In this document: in pieces, positions 1-8,862 of the stretch
Layout: every line of letters begins with the position of its first letter
Position numbering within the stretch: the stretch's first letter is position 1
Source of the DNA: an uncultured Bacteroidales bacterium
Lineage (GTDB): Bacteria > Bacteroidota > Bacteroidia > Bacteroidales > Muribaculaceae
DNA: 35,285 nucleotides
Direction: 5' to 3'
NCBI GenBank assembly: GCA_900554845.1
Contig: USIY01000001.1
Location: 1 to 35,285 of the forward strand
Notes under the pieces: generated by a model
The model's database searches: none
The model's input: only the letters and a program-made list of their open reading frames with translations
Told to the model about the DNA's origin: nothing
Position numbers and translations under genes: made by a program

Positions 1-5
1 GTTGT

Positions 6-1529
6 TTGGGAATATTGCTTACCCTGTTTCTTGCAATTATGATCGGTTGCGGAAATAACCGTCATGATCTAAGGTCTTCCTCCGATAAACATAATTCCGA
101 GTCTGTCGCATTGGAAAAGCAAGGCGATACTCTTTGCGCAGGGACAAACTATTCTTCAGCTTTGTCCTCATATCTACAGTCACTCACAATTGCAAAAAAA
201 TATAATATAGACACCAGAATCCCGAAAATTTATCATAAAATAGGAGTGTTGTTCTCACGTGTCAACGACATCGAGACCGCCATACCTTATTACCGCAAAG
301 CTTTGGCACTGGTCAACGCTAAAGAAGATCCGGAACAATATTTCAAGACTCTCAACAACCTGGTATATGCATATTCTATCAAAGGGAACGCTGATTCAGC
401 AAGATATTTCAATTCTATCATTGCTTCAACTGTCAATCACAAAGAATCGTACAATTTCGATCATATGTTTAACACCGGGCTGATTTTTCAGATGGAGAAT
501 CAGCTTGATTCAGCTTTACAATGTTTCCACCTTGCCGCCGAGGCCGCGGAAACGCCTCCCATTGATGAACTTTCACAAGCGTCAGCATATTCTTCAATTG
601 CGGAAATATACAAAAATTTAAATCTTTATGACTCAGCAAGCCGATATTTGAGAATTAATGAAAAAATAGCGCGTAACGGCAACCATACCGATCTATTAGT
701 GATATCTTTACGTGATTTGGCTGACAATTACGCCGCAATGGGACATAAGGATAAAGCGATTGAAGCAAAACAGGAATATCTCGCGCTTGCAGACTCCATA
801 TTCAATCGCGATGAATTCACAAAAATGAAAAATGAACAAGGACTTTATGAACTGGAAAGCAAGTCTTCCACAATACGAAGTCTTTCAACGGTAAACGAAT
901 CCCAGAAGCATTGGATTCTAATGTTGGGAATCATCCTGGTAATACTTATAGCTTTTTCTATCACATTATGGTGGCAGAAAAGGAAATTGTCCAATACTTA
1001 CGCCGAATTATACGACCATAGCAGGAAGCAGCTCGAATCTGAAAATTACTTCAAGCACAAGATAGGAGTTCTGGAACAAGAACTTGCCGAGATAAAATCT
1101 AAAACATCTACGCCTCGCGATGAAACACCGCAACTTGAACGGCGTCTGATGCAAACCCAGGAACAACGAAACAAGATACTTGCTGCAATCAACAGGATAT
1201 TTGAAGAAACAGAAGATTATTGCACAATGGACTATACGATTGATTCTCTTGCCTCTTCCATCGATTCCAATGTGCGGTATGTGTCTGAAGTAATCAACAA
1301 CGAGTTCGGCAAGAATTTCCGGGCGCTTCTAAACGAATACCGTATCAAAAAGTCCATGATGATGCTCGAAGACAAAGAAAACTACGGACATCTCACTATT
1401 AAAGCCATATCCGAGATGGTAGGATATAAATCACAGTCCACATTCATATCCTTGTTCACCAAACAGACCGGTTTGAAACCAAGTCTCTATCAGTCTCTAT
1501 CACGAGACAAGGATCAGGGGACCCATTAA
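6..1529 (+). CDS. Membrane-anchored TPR + AraC-family HTH transcriptional regulator (start probably upstream of window)
   Basis: N-terminal hydrophobic stretch ending in Cys; TPR-like helices (AIPYYRKALAL, ALQCFHLA); one TM segment (WILMLGIILVILIAFSITLWW); C-terminal AraC HTH (YVSEVINNEFGKNFRALLNEYRI...TIKAISEMVGYKSQSTFISLFTKQTGLKPS). The frame is open to the window edge and the listed start is TTG. Confidence 0.85.
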   Translation: MGILLTLFLAIMIGCGNNRHDLRSSSDKHNSESVALEKQGDTLCAGTNYSSALSSYLQSLTIAKKYNIDTRIPKIYHKIGVLFSRVNDIETAIPYYRKALALVNAKEDPEQYFKTLNNLVYAYSIKGNADSARYFNSIIASTVNHKESYNFDHMFNTGLIFQMENQLDSALQCFHLAAEAAETPPIDELSQASAYSSIAEIYKNLNLYDSASRYLRINEKIARNGNHTDLLVISLRDLADNYAAMGHKDKAIEAKQEYLALADSIFNRDEFTKMKNEQGLYELESKSSTIRSLSTVNESQKHWILMLGIILVILIAFSITLWWQKRKLSNTYAELYDHSRKQLESENYFKHKIGVLEQELAEIKSKTSTPRDETPQLERRLMQTQEQRNKILAAINRIFEETEDYCTMDYTIDSLASSIDSNVRYVSEVINNEFGKNFRALLNEYRIKKSMMMLEDKENYGHLTIKAISEMVGYKSQSTFISLFTKQTGLKPSLYQSLSRDKDQGTH

Positions 1530-1542
1530 GCCCCCCGATAAA

Positions 1543-2844
1543 TCAATCTCTTCTGAAAATGTCCCTGGTATACACTTTGGAGGCTACATCATCCAGAATG
1601 GCCTCGTACCTATTCGCTATTATCGCCATAGATTCTCGTTTGAAACGCGCCAGATCATTCACCACTTCAGAACCAAAGAATGTCGAGCCGTCCTCCAACG
1701 TTGGTTCATAAACTATAACTTTAGCTCCTTTAGCTTTGATGCGCTTCATTACTCCCTGAATGGACGACTGTCTGAAATTGTCACTGTTAGACTTCATCGT
1801 CAGTCGAAAAACACCAATCACGCACGGACGCTCTTTGTTCTGATTGTATATATCGTTATTGATATAATATCCGGCCATACGAAGCACCTGATCCGCAATA
1901 AAATCCTTACGCGTTCGATTACTTTCGACTATTGCCGACATCATGTTCTGAGGAACATCCGCATAATTGGCCAACAATTGTTTGGAATCCTTAGGCAGAC
2001 AGTATCCTCCATAACCGAAACTCGGATTATTGTAATGTGTCCCGATTCGGGGATCAAGACCGATGCCGTCTATTATGGATTTTGAATCCAATCCTTTGAC
2101 CTCGGCGTATGTGTCCAATTCATTAAAATAGCTCACACGCAACGCCAGATATGTGTTGGCGAATAATTTTACAGCTTCAGCTTCTTTAATGCCCATAAAT
2201 AGCGTAGGAATATTTTTCTCAAGGGCTCCTTCCCTCAGAAGTTTCGCAAATTCATGAGCGGCTTCGTCAAGTTTTTCCAAATCCGTAACTTTCAGAATAG
2301 CCTCGTTTTCCTCAGCATATTCTGGATTATCCACAATTTTCGGGATTCCCGCTATGATTCGCGAAGGATACAAATTATCATACAGAGCTTTACTTTCACG
2401 TAAGAATTCAGGGAAAAACAACAAATTGAATCTCCTTACCCCTTTTTTTGCATAATCCAGATACAATGACCTGCAATATCCTACCGGTATAGTGGACTTA
2501 ATGACCATAACAGCGTCCGGATTAACGCTGAGAACCAAATTTATAACATCTTCTATACAGTGTGTGTCAAAATGATTCTTAATCGGATCATAATTGGTAG
2601 GAGCTGCTATTACGACAAAATCCGCCTCTCTGTAAGCTGAGGCACCGTCAAGTGTAGCCACAAGATCCAAATCCTTTTCCGTAAGATATTGTTCTATATA
2701 ATCATCCTGTATCGGTGATTTTCGCTTATTAATCATTTCCACCTTCTCAGGCACAACATCCACGGCCGTCACCTGATTGTGCTGCGCCAGCAAGGTAGCC
2801 AGACTCATCCCTACATAACCGGTTCCCGCCACTGCGATTTTCAT
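1543..2844 (-). CDS. ugd: UDP-glucose 6-dehydrogenase
   Basis: Rossmann [29 protein letters not shown], catalytic [18 protein letters not shown]. Confidence 0.93.
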   Translation of the reverse strand: MKIAVAGTGYVGMSLATLLAQHNQVTAVDVVPEKVEMINKRKSPIQDDYIEQYLTEKDLDLVATLDGASAYREADFVVIAAPTNYDPIKNHFDTHCIEDVINLVLSVNPDAVMVIKSTIPVGYCRSLYLDYAKKGVRRFNLLFFPEFLRESKALYDNLYPSRIIAGIPKIVDNPEYAEENEAILKVTDLEKLDEAAHEFAKLLREGALEKNIPTLFMGIKEAEAVKLFANTYLALRVSYFNELDTYAEVKGLDSKSIIDGIGLDPRIGTHYNNPSFGYGGYCLPKDSKQLLANYADVPQNMMSAIVESNRTRKDFIADQVLRMAGYYINNDIYNQNKERPCVIGVFRLTMKSNSDNFRQSSIQGVMKRIKAKGAKVIVYEPTLEDGSTFFGSEVVNDLARFKRESMAIIANRYEAILDDVASKVYTRDIFRRD

Positions 2845-2898
2845 AATATAAATTTATATTTAGTTTTCTATATTTTCACAATAAATTCTAACTATTCG

Positions 2899-2906
2899 CA
2901 AAATTA
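2899..2906 (-). promoter_or_regulatory. Putative Bacteroidetes -7 element for ugd
   Basis: Minus strand TAATTTTG matches TAnnTTTG, 55 nt upstream of the ugd ATG; only a weak -33 (CTTG). Confidence 0.55.
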
Positions 2907-2964
2907 GCAAAAATCCTACAATATCAAGTAAGAAGTTTCGATAAATAATCATAAACCTTGTATA

Positions 2965-4173
2965 ATGAAGCACAAAATAAAAATAGGATTGCTTGGATGG
3001 ATCCTTGTGGCCATACCTCTTGGCATCGGTGTCGGATATGTCGCCCCTATGTGGTTTGCACGTTTGTTCGCATCTTTCAACGGGGTGTTCTCTCAATTCC
3101 TTGGATTCATGATCCCTTTGATAATCGTAGGATTCGTAACTCCCGCGATAGCCGATGTTGGATCCAAAGCCGGAAAACTCCTGATCGCCACGGCATTATT
3201 GGCCTATTTCATGACATTCTTTGCAGGAATGCTGTCGTATTTCACAGGTGAATGGACATTCCCTTCTCTTATTGGAGGGGAACAGACCTTGGCACAAGTG
3301 GAATCTGACTCATCCGGAATCGCTCCATATTTCAACATTGAAATTCCGGCAATAATTCCGGTCATGACGGCATTGGTACTGGCATTTATGCTTGGTTTAG
3401 GAATTGCATTTTCCAAGGGTCATGCCTTGCGAAACCTCGCGTATGAATTTCGAGACATCGTAGCAAAAACCATACGTGTTGCAATCTTGCCCCTCCTTCC
3501 CTTTTACATTTTCGGAATCTTCATGATTATGACAATAGACGGGAATGTCGGCGTAATTCTCCAGACATTCATTAAAATCATAATTGTCATTTTTATCCTT
3601 CATATCTTCATACTGCTCTTGCAGTATTGCATAGCGGCATGCTTCAACCGCAAGAATCCGTTTAAAATGCTGGGCACAATGATGCCGGCGTATTTCACAG
3701 CACTCGGTACACAAAGTTCTGCGGCCACAATTCCTGTCACATTACGACAGACTGTCAAGATGGGAGTAAATGAGGACATCGCAGGATTTGTTGTTCCACT
3801 GTGCGCCACGATACATATGTCAGGATCCGCTTTAAAGATCACGGCTTGCGCTCTGGCTTTGCTCATTATGCACGGGCAACCACATGATTTGTCGCTTTTC
3901 CTGCATTTTTGCGCCATGCTGGGAGTAACCATAGTCGCCGCCCCCGGAATTCCGGGTGGCTCAATTATGGCTTCCTTGGGAATACTTTCGTCAATACTTG
4001 GGTTTGACCAGCAAATGATCGCTCTGATGATAGCCCTTTATATATCGATGGACTCATTCGGAACCGCATGCAATGTCACCGGTGACGGTGCGATAGCTGT
4101 CATAATGAACAGATTCTTTGCTCCGAAACGGCCTAAAGTCGTAATTGCCGATCAGAAGGTCCATGATGCATGA
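2965..4173 (+). CDS. Dicarboxylate/amino acid:cation symporter (DAACS/SDF family, SstT-like)
   Basis: Highly hydrophobic; GTQSSAATIP, PLCATIHMSG, APGIPGG and DSFGTACNVTGD motifs. Confidence 0.9.
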   Translation: MKHKIKIGLLGWILVAIPLGIGVGYVAPMWFARLFASFNGVFSQFLGFMIPLIIVGFVTPAIADVGSKAGKLLIATALLAYFMTFFAGMLSYFTGEWTFPSLIGGEQTLAQVESDSSGIAPYFNIEIPAIIPVMTALVLAFMLGLGIAFSKGHALRNLAYEFRDIVAKTIRVAILPLLPFYIFGIFMIMTIDGNVGVILQTFIKIIIVIFILHIFILLLQYCIAACFNRKNPFKMLGTMMPAYFTALGTQSSAATIPVTLRQTVKMGVNEDIAGFVVPLCATIHMSGSALKITACALALLIMHGQPHDLSLFLHFCAMLGVTIVAAPGIPGGSIMASLGILSSILGFDQQMIALMIALYISMDSFGTACNVTGDGAIAVIMNRFFAPKRPKVVIADQKVHDA

Positions 4174-4177
4174 TGTT

Positions 4178-6661
4178 TCATGCCAAAGTAACGACAGTTA
4201 TTCCGGCGCCTCCAAAACGAATGTCTTCGTCCTCAAAATGCTCTATGGCCGGATTGGCCTTAAGCTGCTGGCGGATCAACGTCTTCAATATGCCATGCCC
4301 AGTACCGTGAAGAATACGCACTTTGTCGGCTTGAAACTGTATAGCGTCATCAATAAAGTACATCACAGCCTGCAATGCTTCATCCGCCCGCATACCGCGG
4401 ACATCTATTTCGCGTCGGAAATTCAATTGTCGGTTACGGCTTTCCGATGATGTGGAAGCCCCCGTACCCAATGCTCCCGTTAAAGCCGACGGCTTAGGTT
4501 TTCGTGTCGCCTTGAGTCTTGACAATTCAACAAAAGTACGTAAAGAGCCGAATGCTACCTCCGCTTTCTTCCCTTTTATCGAAAGAATTTCCCCGGGAGT
4601 ATTATTTCCTTCCATTACGACAAAATCGCCTGCCGTAAGTTCTTTCTTGGCCTGTGGTTTGGCTTCCTGCTCTACGACGGAAAGCTTCTTGTTACGGCTT
4701 TTATGTTTCAAAGGTTTCAGTCTTTCCGGGATCTTGTCCCGGTCATTGCCTTTAGAATCAAGCGTATCGTTGATATATTCTTTCAATTCTGAACGCAAAG
4801 CCTTTGTTTTCTCCTTTTCAGCCTGAGCGTTGCGTATGTCCAGGATAGTGCGTTCTATTTTGGCATTCAAGCCTTCGACAATGTCCCTGGCTTCCTTTCG
4901 AGCTTCGTCTATTATAGCCCGTCGCTGTGCTTTCAGATCACCCGCCTGCTCCTCATATTTTTCCAGAATAGAATCAAGCCGCGACTCTTTGTCCTTTATT
5001 ACTTGCCGTTTAGAGTTCCAATATCTCCTGTCACGGGCGATATCCGAAAGATACTTGTCAATGTTGACATAGTCACTGCCGACAATTTCTTTAGCATTGG
5101 CTATTACATCTTGCGGCAAGCCCATCTTATGCGCTATGTCCAGCGCAAAAGAGCTACCGGGATTGCCTATTTCAAGTTTATAAAGAGGCTGAAGATGCTG
5201 CCTGTCGTACAACATGGCACCGTTAACAAATCCCTCTGTGTTATCAGCAAAAGTCTTCAGATTCTGATAATGGGTTGTCACTATTCCAAATGCTCCGGAA
5301 GAACCCAGCTTTACCAATATAGCCTGAGCCATGGCGCCTCCGATCTGAGGTTCTGTTCCCGAACCCATCTCATCAGCCAAGAAAAGCGTGCGGCTTTCGC
5401 AATGCTGCAGAAAGAAACGCATATTGCGCAAATGCGACGAATATGTGCTTAATTCATTTTCAATCGATTGCTCGTCACCTATATCTATCATCAAGGTACG
5501 GAAAAGCCCCATATGGGAATTTTCGTAAACAGTCGGCATCATGCCGCATTGCATCATATATTGAACTATAGCCACCGTTTTTAGAGTCACGGACTTTCCT
5601 CCGGCATTGGGACCAGAGATAACCAAAATTCTATTGCTACTGTTCAAATTTATTGTCAACGGCACAACTTCCTTCCCGGCGCCCCTCAATGAGAGAAGCA
5701 TCCCTGGATGAACGGCATGATACCATTCAAGTTCCGGCTTATCGACAATATGCGGCATCCGGGCATCTGTATCTATCGCGAATTTGGCCTTGGCCATAAC
5801 AAAGTCCAGTCGACCCAACAGATTACAAGAATCAATTATATCCTCTATGTATGGACGTATTTGCGTTGCGATGGAAGTAAGAATTTTGACTTCTTCATGT
5901 TTCTCTTCCATCTCTAATTCCCGTAGACGGTTGCCTGCCTCCACCACTTCGGCAGGTTCAATATAGACAGTCTTGCCAGTAGCGCTCTCATCATGAACGA
6001 TGCCGTTTATTTCGCGTTTATTTCCGGCATTTACAGGAATGACCATACGGCCGTCTCTTATTGACGGAGTCACATCCTTGTCAATAAGACCTTCTTTTAC
6101 GGCACGATCGAGAACTGAGCGCATCATCCTTTGCATAGAGCCTGCAGAGCGTTTGATCTGCTGACGGATTTCATACAATCCCGGCGACGCCGTATCCTTG
6201 ATTTCCCCGAATTTATTTATCGCCGCCGATATTGTCGAGAGCAATGAAGGGAATGACCGGATCTCACTCAATTCCTGCGCCAATGCTGGATAAATACTAT
6301 TGTCTTCCCCTGTGTTTTCGGAATCAGTTTCACAATAAAAATTTCGGACTTCATTGAATGACACCAGAATCTGATATAATTTATACAGTCTTTCCGCGGA
6401 CATAAACGATCCCTCAGCTTTTATCTCTGACAGGTAAGGGGCAACGTCATGTGAAGAAGGCATTACATATGGTGCGGATGAATTGATTATCGACATCATT
6501 TCAGCCACACAATCAAGTTCATGGCATATATGACTGTAATTGACGGAAAAGGCCATGTCAGTGACATAGTCTTTTCCCATACGCAATCCGCATAGCTCCA
6601 TTAAATCTCTGCGGACGGTGTCAAATCCTATTTTAGATTCGAAATTATTCGGATATATCAT
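4178..6661 (-). CDS. mutS2: MutS2 (endonuclease / ribosome-collision factor) with C-terminal Smr domain
   Basis: Walker A SGPNAGGKS, DIGDEQSIENELSTYSSH, DEMGSGTEP, TTHY, coiled coil, KOW-like segment, Smr domain (IDVRGMRADEA...ILHGTGHG...GGAGITVV). Confidence 0.95.
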   Translation of the reverse strand: MIYPNNFESKIGFDTVRRDLMELCGLRMGKDYVTDMAFSVNYSHICHELDCVAEMMSIINSSAPYVMPSSHDVAPYLSEIKAEGSFMSAERLYKLYQILVSFNEVRNFYCETDSENTGEDNSIYPALAQELSEIRSFPSLLSTISAAINKFGEIKDTASPGLYEIRQQIKRSAGSMQRMMRSVLDRAVKEGLIDKDVTPSIRDGRMVIPVNAGNKREINGIVHDESATGKTVYIEPAEVVEAGNRLRELEMEEKHEEVKILTSIATQIRPYIEDIIDSCNLLGRLDFVMAKAKFAIDTDARMPHIVDKPELEWYHAVHPGMLLSLRGAGKEVVPLTINLNSSNRILVISGPNAGGKSVTLKTVAIVQYMMQCGMMPTVYENSHMGLFRTLMIDIGDEQSIENELSTYSSHLRNMRFFLQHCESRTLFLADEMGSGTEPQIGGAMAQAILVKLGSSGAFGIVTTHYQNLKTFADNTEGFVNGAMLYDRQHLQPLYKLEIGNPGSSFALDIAHKMGLPQDVIANAKEIVGSDYVNIDKYLSDIARDRRYWNSKRQVIKDKESRLDSILEKYEEQAGDLKAQRRAIIDEARKEARDIVEGLNAKIERTILDIRNAQAEKEKTKALRSELKEYINDTLDSKGNDRDKIPERLKPLKHKSRNKKLSVVEQEAKPQAKKELTAGDFVVMEGNNTPGEILSIKGKKAEVAFGSLRTFVELSRLKATRKPKPSALTGALGTGASTSSESRNRQLNFRREIDVRGMRADEALQAVMYFIDDAIQFQADKVRILHGTGHGILKTLIRQQLKANPAIEHFEDEDIRFGGAGITVVTLA

Positions 6662-6693
6662 TTATTTGAGAAGATCTTGAACTCTAACAGGGT

Positions 6694-7614
6694 TTAATCC
6701 TTGCTGACGGGCAACGCCAACATTGGAAGATCAAGCGCAAAAAGACACTGATGCGCTACAGAGGGCCTGAACAATCTGGTGAAAATCCCCGCCTTTCGGT
6801 TGGGAGCTATGACCAAATCAATCTTATTTTCCTTTATAAAGTCATCTATCTGATCGTTGATCTTCGATTCCTCCAAAAGGGCCTGATGAAATTGTATGTT
6901 GGGCCATGCCTTACAAAGCTTGTCATACAGTTGTTCCAGCTTGGCTTTTGCCTCGATCATATTCCGATGCGTTATCGGCATGAGCCACACATCCGCCTTC
7001 GGAGAATCGAACGTCTTCATCATATTCTCAAGACCGAGAACATCATATTGCTCCAATGTGCAGAACATCAGGAAGCGTCCCAAATGCATCATGTCTTCCT
7101 GTGAATAATTGTCAGGAATTGTGAACACCGGAACTTGACATGAATCAAGTACTTCCGCGGCAACACTACCTATTAGCTCTTCCTCCTTCTTGTTAATGCC
7201 TCTGGTGGACATAACCACAAGCTTAGGATCATTCTCGCGACAGTATTCCAGGATCTCCTCTTCAGCCACACCTTGTCGCAACAACGATGAATATCTTATA
7301 TCAGGCAATTCCCCGCGTTGCTGCATCTGATTCAAATTCGCCCGAAACTTCTTGAATCTATGCTCGGCAATTCTCAGAATATCCCGGTTCTCCATCGCCT
7401 CACGCATAATCTCATCGGTAGGGTCATATACGCCAAGATATTCCTCATCTATACTCTCGCCATACCAAGCCGACGGATAGACATGAAGTATTACCGGATT
7501 CACTTCCATGACCCGGGCAAAATGAAAGCCGGCCCTTATGGCCAGCATCGAAGAATCAGAAAAATCGACGGGAATGAGCAAATGTTTGCTCATTCCCGAA
7601 CGTGATGCATCCAT
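6694..7614 (-). CDS. Universal stress protein (tandem USP domains)
   Basis: LLIPVDFSDSS start, LVVMSTRG...IGSVAAEVL..VPVFTIP, and a degenerate second USP domain (IDLVI...LPMLALP). Its ATG overlaps the upstream stop (TAATG). Confidence 0.9.
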   Translation of the reverse strand: MDASRSGMSKHLLIPVDFSDSSMLAIRAGFHFARVMEVNPVILHVYPSAWYGESIDEEYLGVYDPTDEIMREAMENRDILRIAEHRFKKFRANLNQMQQRGELPDIRYSSLLRQGVAEEEILEYCRENDPKLVVMSTRGINKKEEELIGSVAAEVLDSCQVPVFTIPDNYSQEDMMHLGRFLMFCTLEQYDVLGLENMMKTFDSPKADVWLMPITHRNMIEAKAKLEQLYDKLCKAWPNIQFHQALLEESKINDQIDDFIKENKIDLVIAPNRKAGIFTRLFRPSVAHQCLFALDLPMLALPVSKD

Positions 7615-7868
7615 TATTGCTTCTGTTCCTCAAGGATCTTTATTGCCATATCATAGATTGTGGTGTCATCCAATACAACGATTCCACCATCGGGACCTGG
7701 TTCGATATGCAGAGCGGCGTTCTTGCCGAATTCATAATTAACTCCACCAAAGTAATTGCGTACGGTTTGCACGGTTACGTTCAGTGCGTCTGCAATACGA
7801 TGTGTGGAGCCGTCGGGGAGACTGTCCTTGATGCGACGAAGCTCATTGAATGTGATTGTCTTGCTCAT
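7614..7868 (-). CDS. Small conserved Bacteroidales HTH DNA-binding protein
   Basis: 84 aa with HTH pattern HRIADALNVTVQTVRNYF; translationally coupled to the USP gene; resembles the small protein I recall between bat and usp in Bacteroides. Confidence 0.82.
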   Translation of the reverse strand: MSKTITFNELRRIKDSLPDGSTHRIADALNVTVQTVRNYFGGVNYEFGKNAALHIEPGPDGGIVVLDDTTIYDMAIKILEEQKQ

Positions 7869-7947
7869 GATCGTGTGTATTGAGTGTTTAATTTATACAG
7901 TATATGTCGAGTCCTTGGATTTATTGTTAATTCGGTTTCTCGCAGTG

Positions 7948-7978
7948 CTAAATTATAACATTTTTCCATTATAACAAA
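7948..7978 (-). promoter_or_regulatory. Bacteroidetes sigma-A promoter for the HTH-usp unit
   Basis: Minus strand TTTG (7978-7975), 19-nt spacer, TAATTTAG (7955-7948; one mismatch to TAnnTTTG). Predicted TSS about 7942. Confidence 0.7.
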
Positions 7979-8006
7979 AACATAACTAAACATTTTTGAA
8001 ATAATT

Positions 8007-8028
8007 ATTAATGTTTTAAAACATATAA
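8007..8028. promoter_or_regulatory. Palindromic operator resembling the Bacteroides Cur/BT4338 (Crp-like) site
   Basis: attAATGTTTTAAAACATAtaa; perfect 14-bp palindrome ATGTTTTAAAACAT at 8011-8024; matches 13 of 14 specified positions of the consensus as I recall it (wwwTATGTTnTAnAACATAwww). Confidence 0.65.
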
Positions 8029-8058
8029 TTTGCACATCCAACATTATACTCCTGATTA

Positions 8059-8862
8059 TCAGATTGGTTCGAAATTATCATCTCTAATCCATCCCACATA
8101 ATCGTTATTAAGTCTCACTTTATACCATTCCGGTCTACCATCTTTTCCCTCCTCTGTGTCCATGATCTGCAACACGGTTCCTTGAGTAAGGGGCGAAGAC
8201 ACAGTCTTTGCCGATGTCGACGGATCTGAACGAAGCTCTATCTTATACTCTGTAATGACGCCCTCATTCCGCTTGTCGGCCGCATGCGCTCCCATAAAGG
8301 CGAATATCAGAAACAGAACGCTAAGTCCCAGCATGGTCAGACCCCCGAAGAACCCAATCTTTCTAACCCATACAACTCCTGTAAACACATATAACGCCAC
8401 ACATATACAGAACAACACAAAAGTGACTCCGCTCCATATGGACCATGTGTTAGAGAGATGTCGTTTGGTAATGTATTGTTTGACAGTCATAAAAAAGGAC
8501 GGATCCTCAGCCACTACAGATGCCTTTTTACCCTTCAACTCGGCACGGTTTGCATCCTGAACACGACTCTCGACATACTTTATATTCTCTCTCGCCTCTC
8601 CGTTGGAAGGATTCATTTGCAGGGCTCGCTGATAACAGATCATGGCTTTCCCGAGATTCCCTGAACGAGTATAGGCCTGTCCCATATTGAACAACAATGC
8701 CGACGAAGTGCCGTAAGATTTCTCAATCTGCCGGTAACACTCAATGGCTTTGCCGTAGTCTCCGTCCTTATAAGCCTTTGCCGCATCTTCCAACGGACCG
8801 GCATGCATTGTCAACACGCATGCCATAAGCATTAAAAAAGTATATTTTATCTTATTTGCCAT
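8059..8862 (-). CDS. batE: BatE: TPR + 2 TM + SH3b protein
   Basis: Signal peptide, TPRs (YKDGDYGKAIECY, LFNMGQAY...GKAMICYQRAL.NPSN), two TM helices, C-terminal SH3-like domain (WYKVRL...VGWI); last gene of the bat cluster. Start moved to the ATG at 8862. Confidence 0.88.
   Translation of the reverse strand: MANKIKYTFLMLMACVLTMHAGPLEDAAKAYKDGDYGKAIECYRQIEKSYGTSSALLFNMGQAYTRSGNLGKAMICYQRALQMNPSNGEARENIKYVESRVQDANRAELKGKKASVVAEDPSFFMTVKQYITKRHLSNTWSIWSGVTFVLFCICVALYVFTGVVWVRKIGFFGGLTMLGLSVLFLIFAFMGAHAADKRNEGVITEYKIELRSDPSTSAKTVSSPLTQGTVLQIMDTEEGKDGRPEWYKVRLNNDYVGWIRDDNFEPI

Noticed and set aside
8024..8036. TATAATTTGCAC as an antisense promoter into batE
   Set aside because: Spacing does not fit TAnnTTTG.
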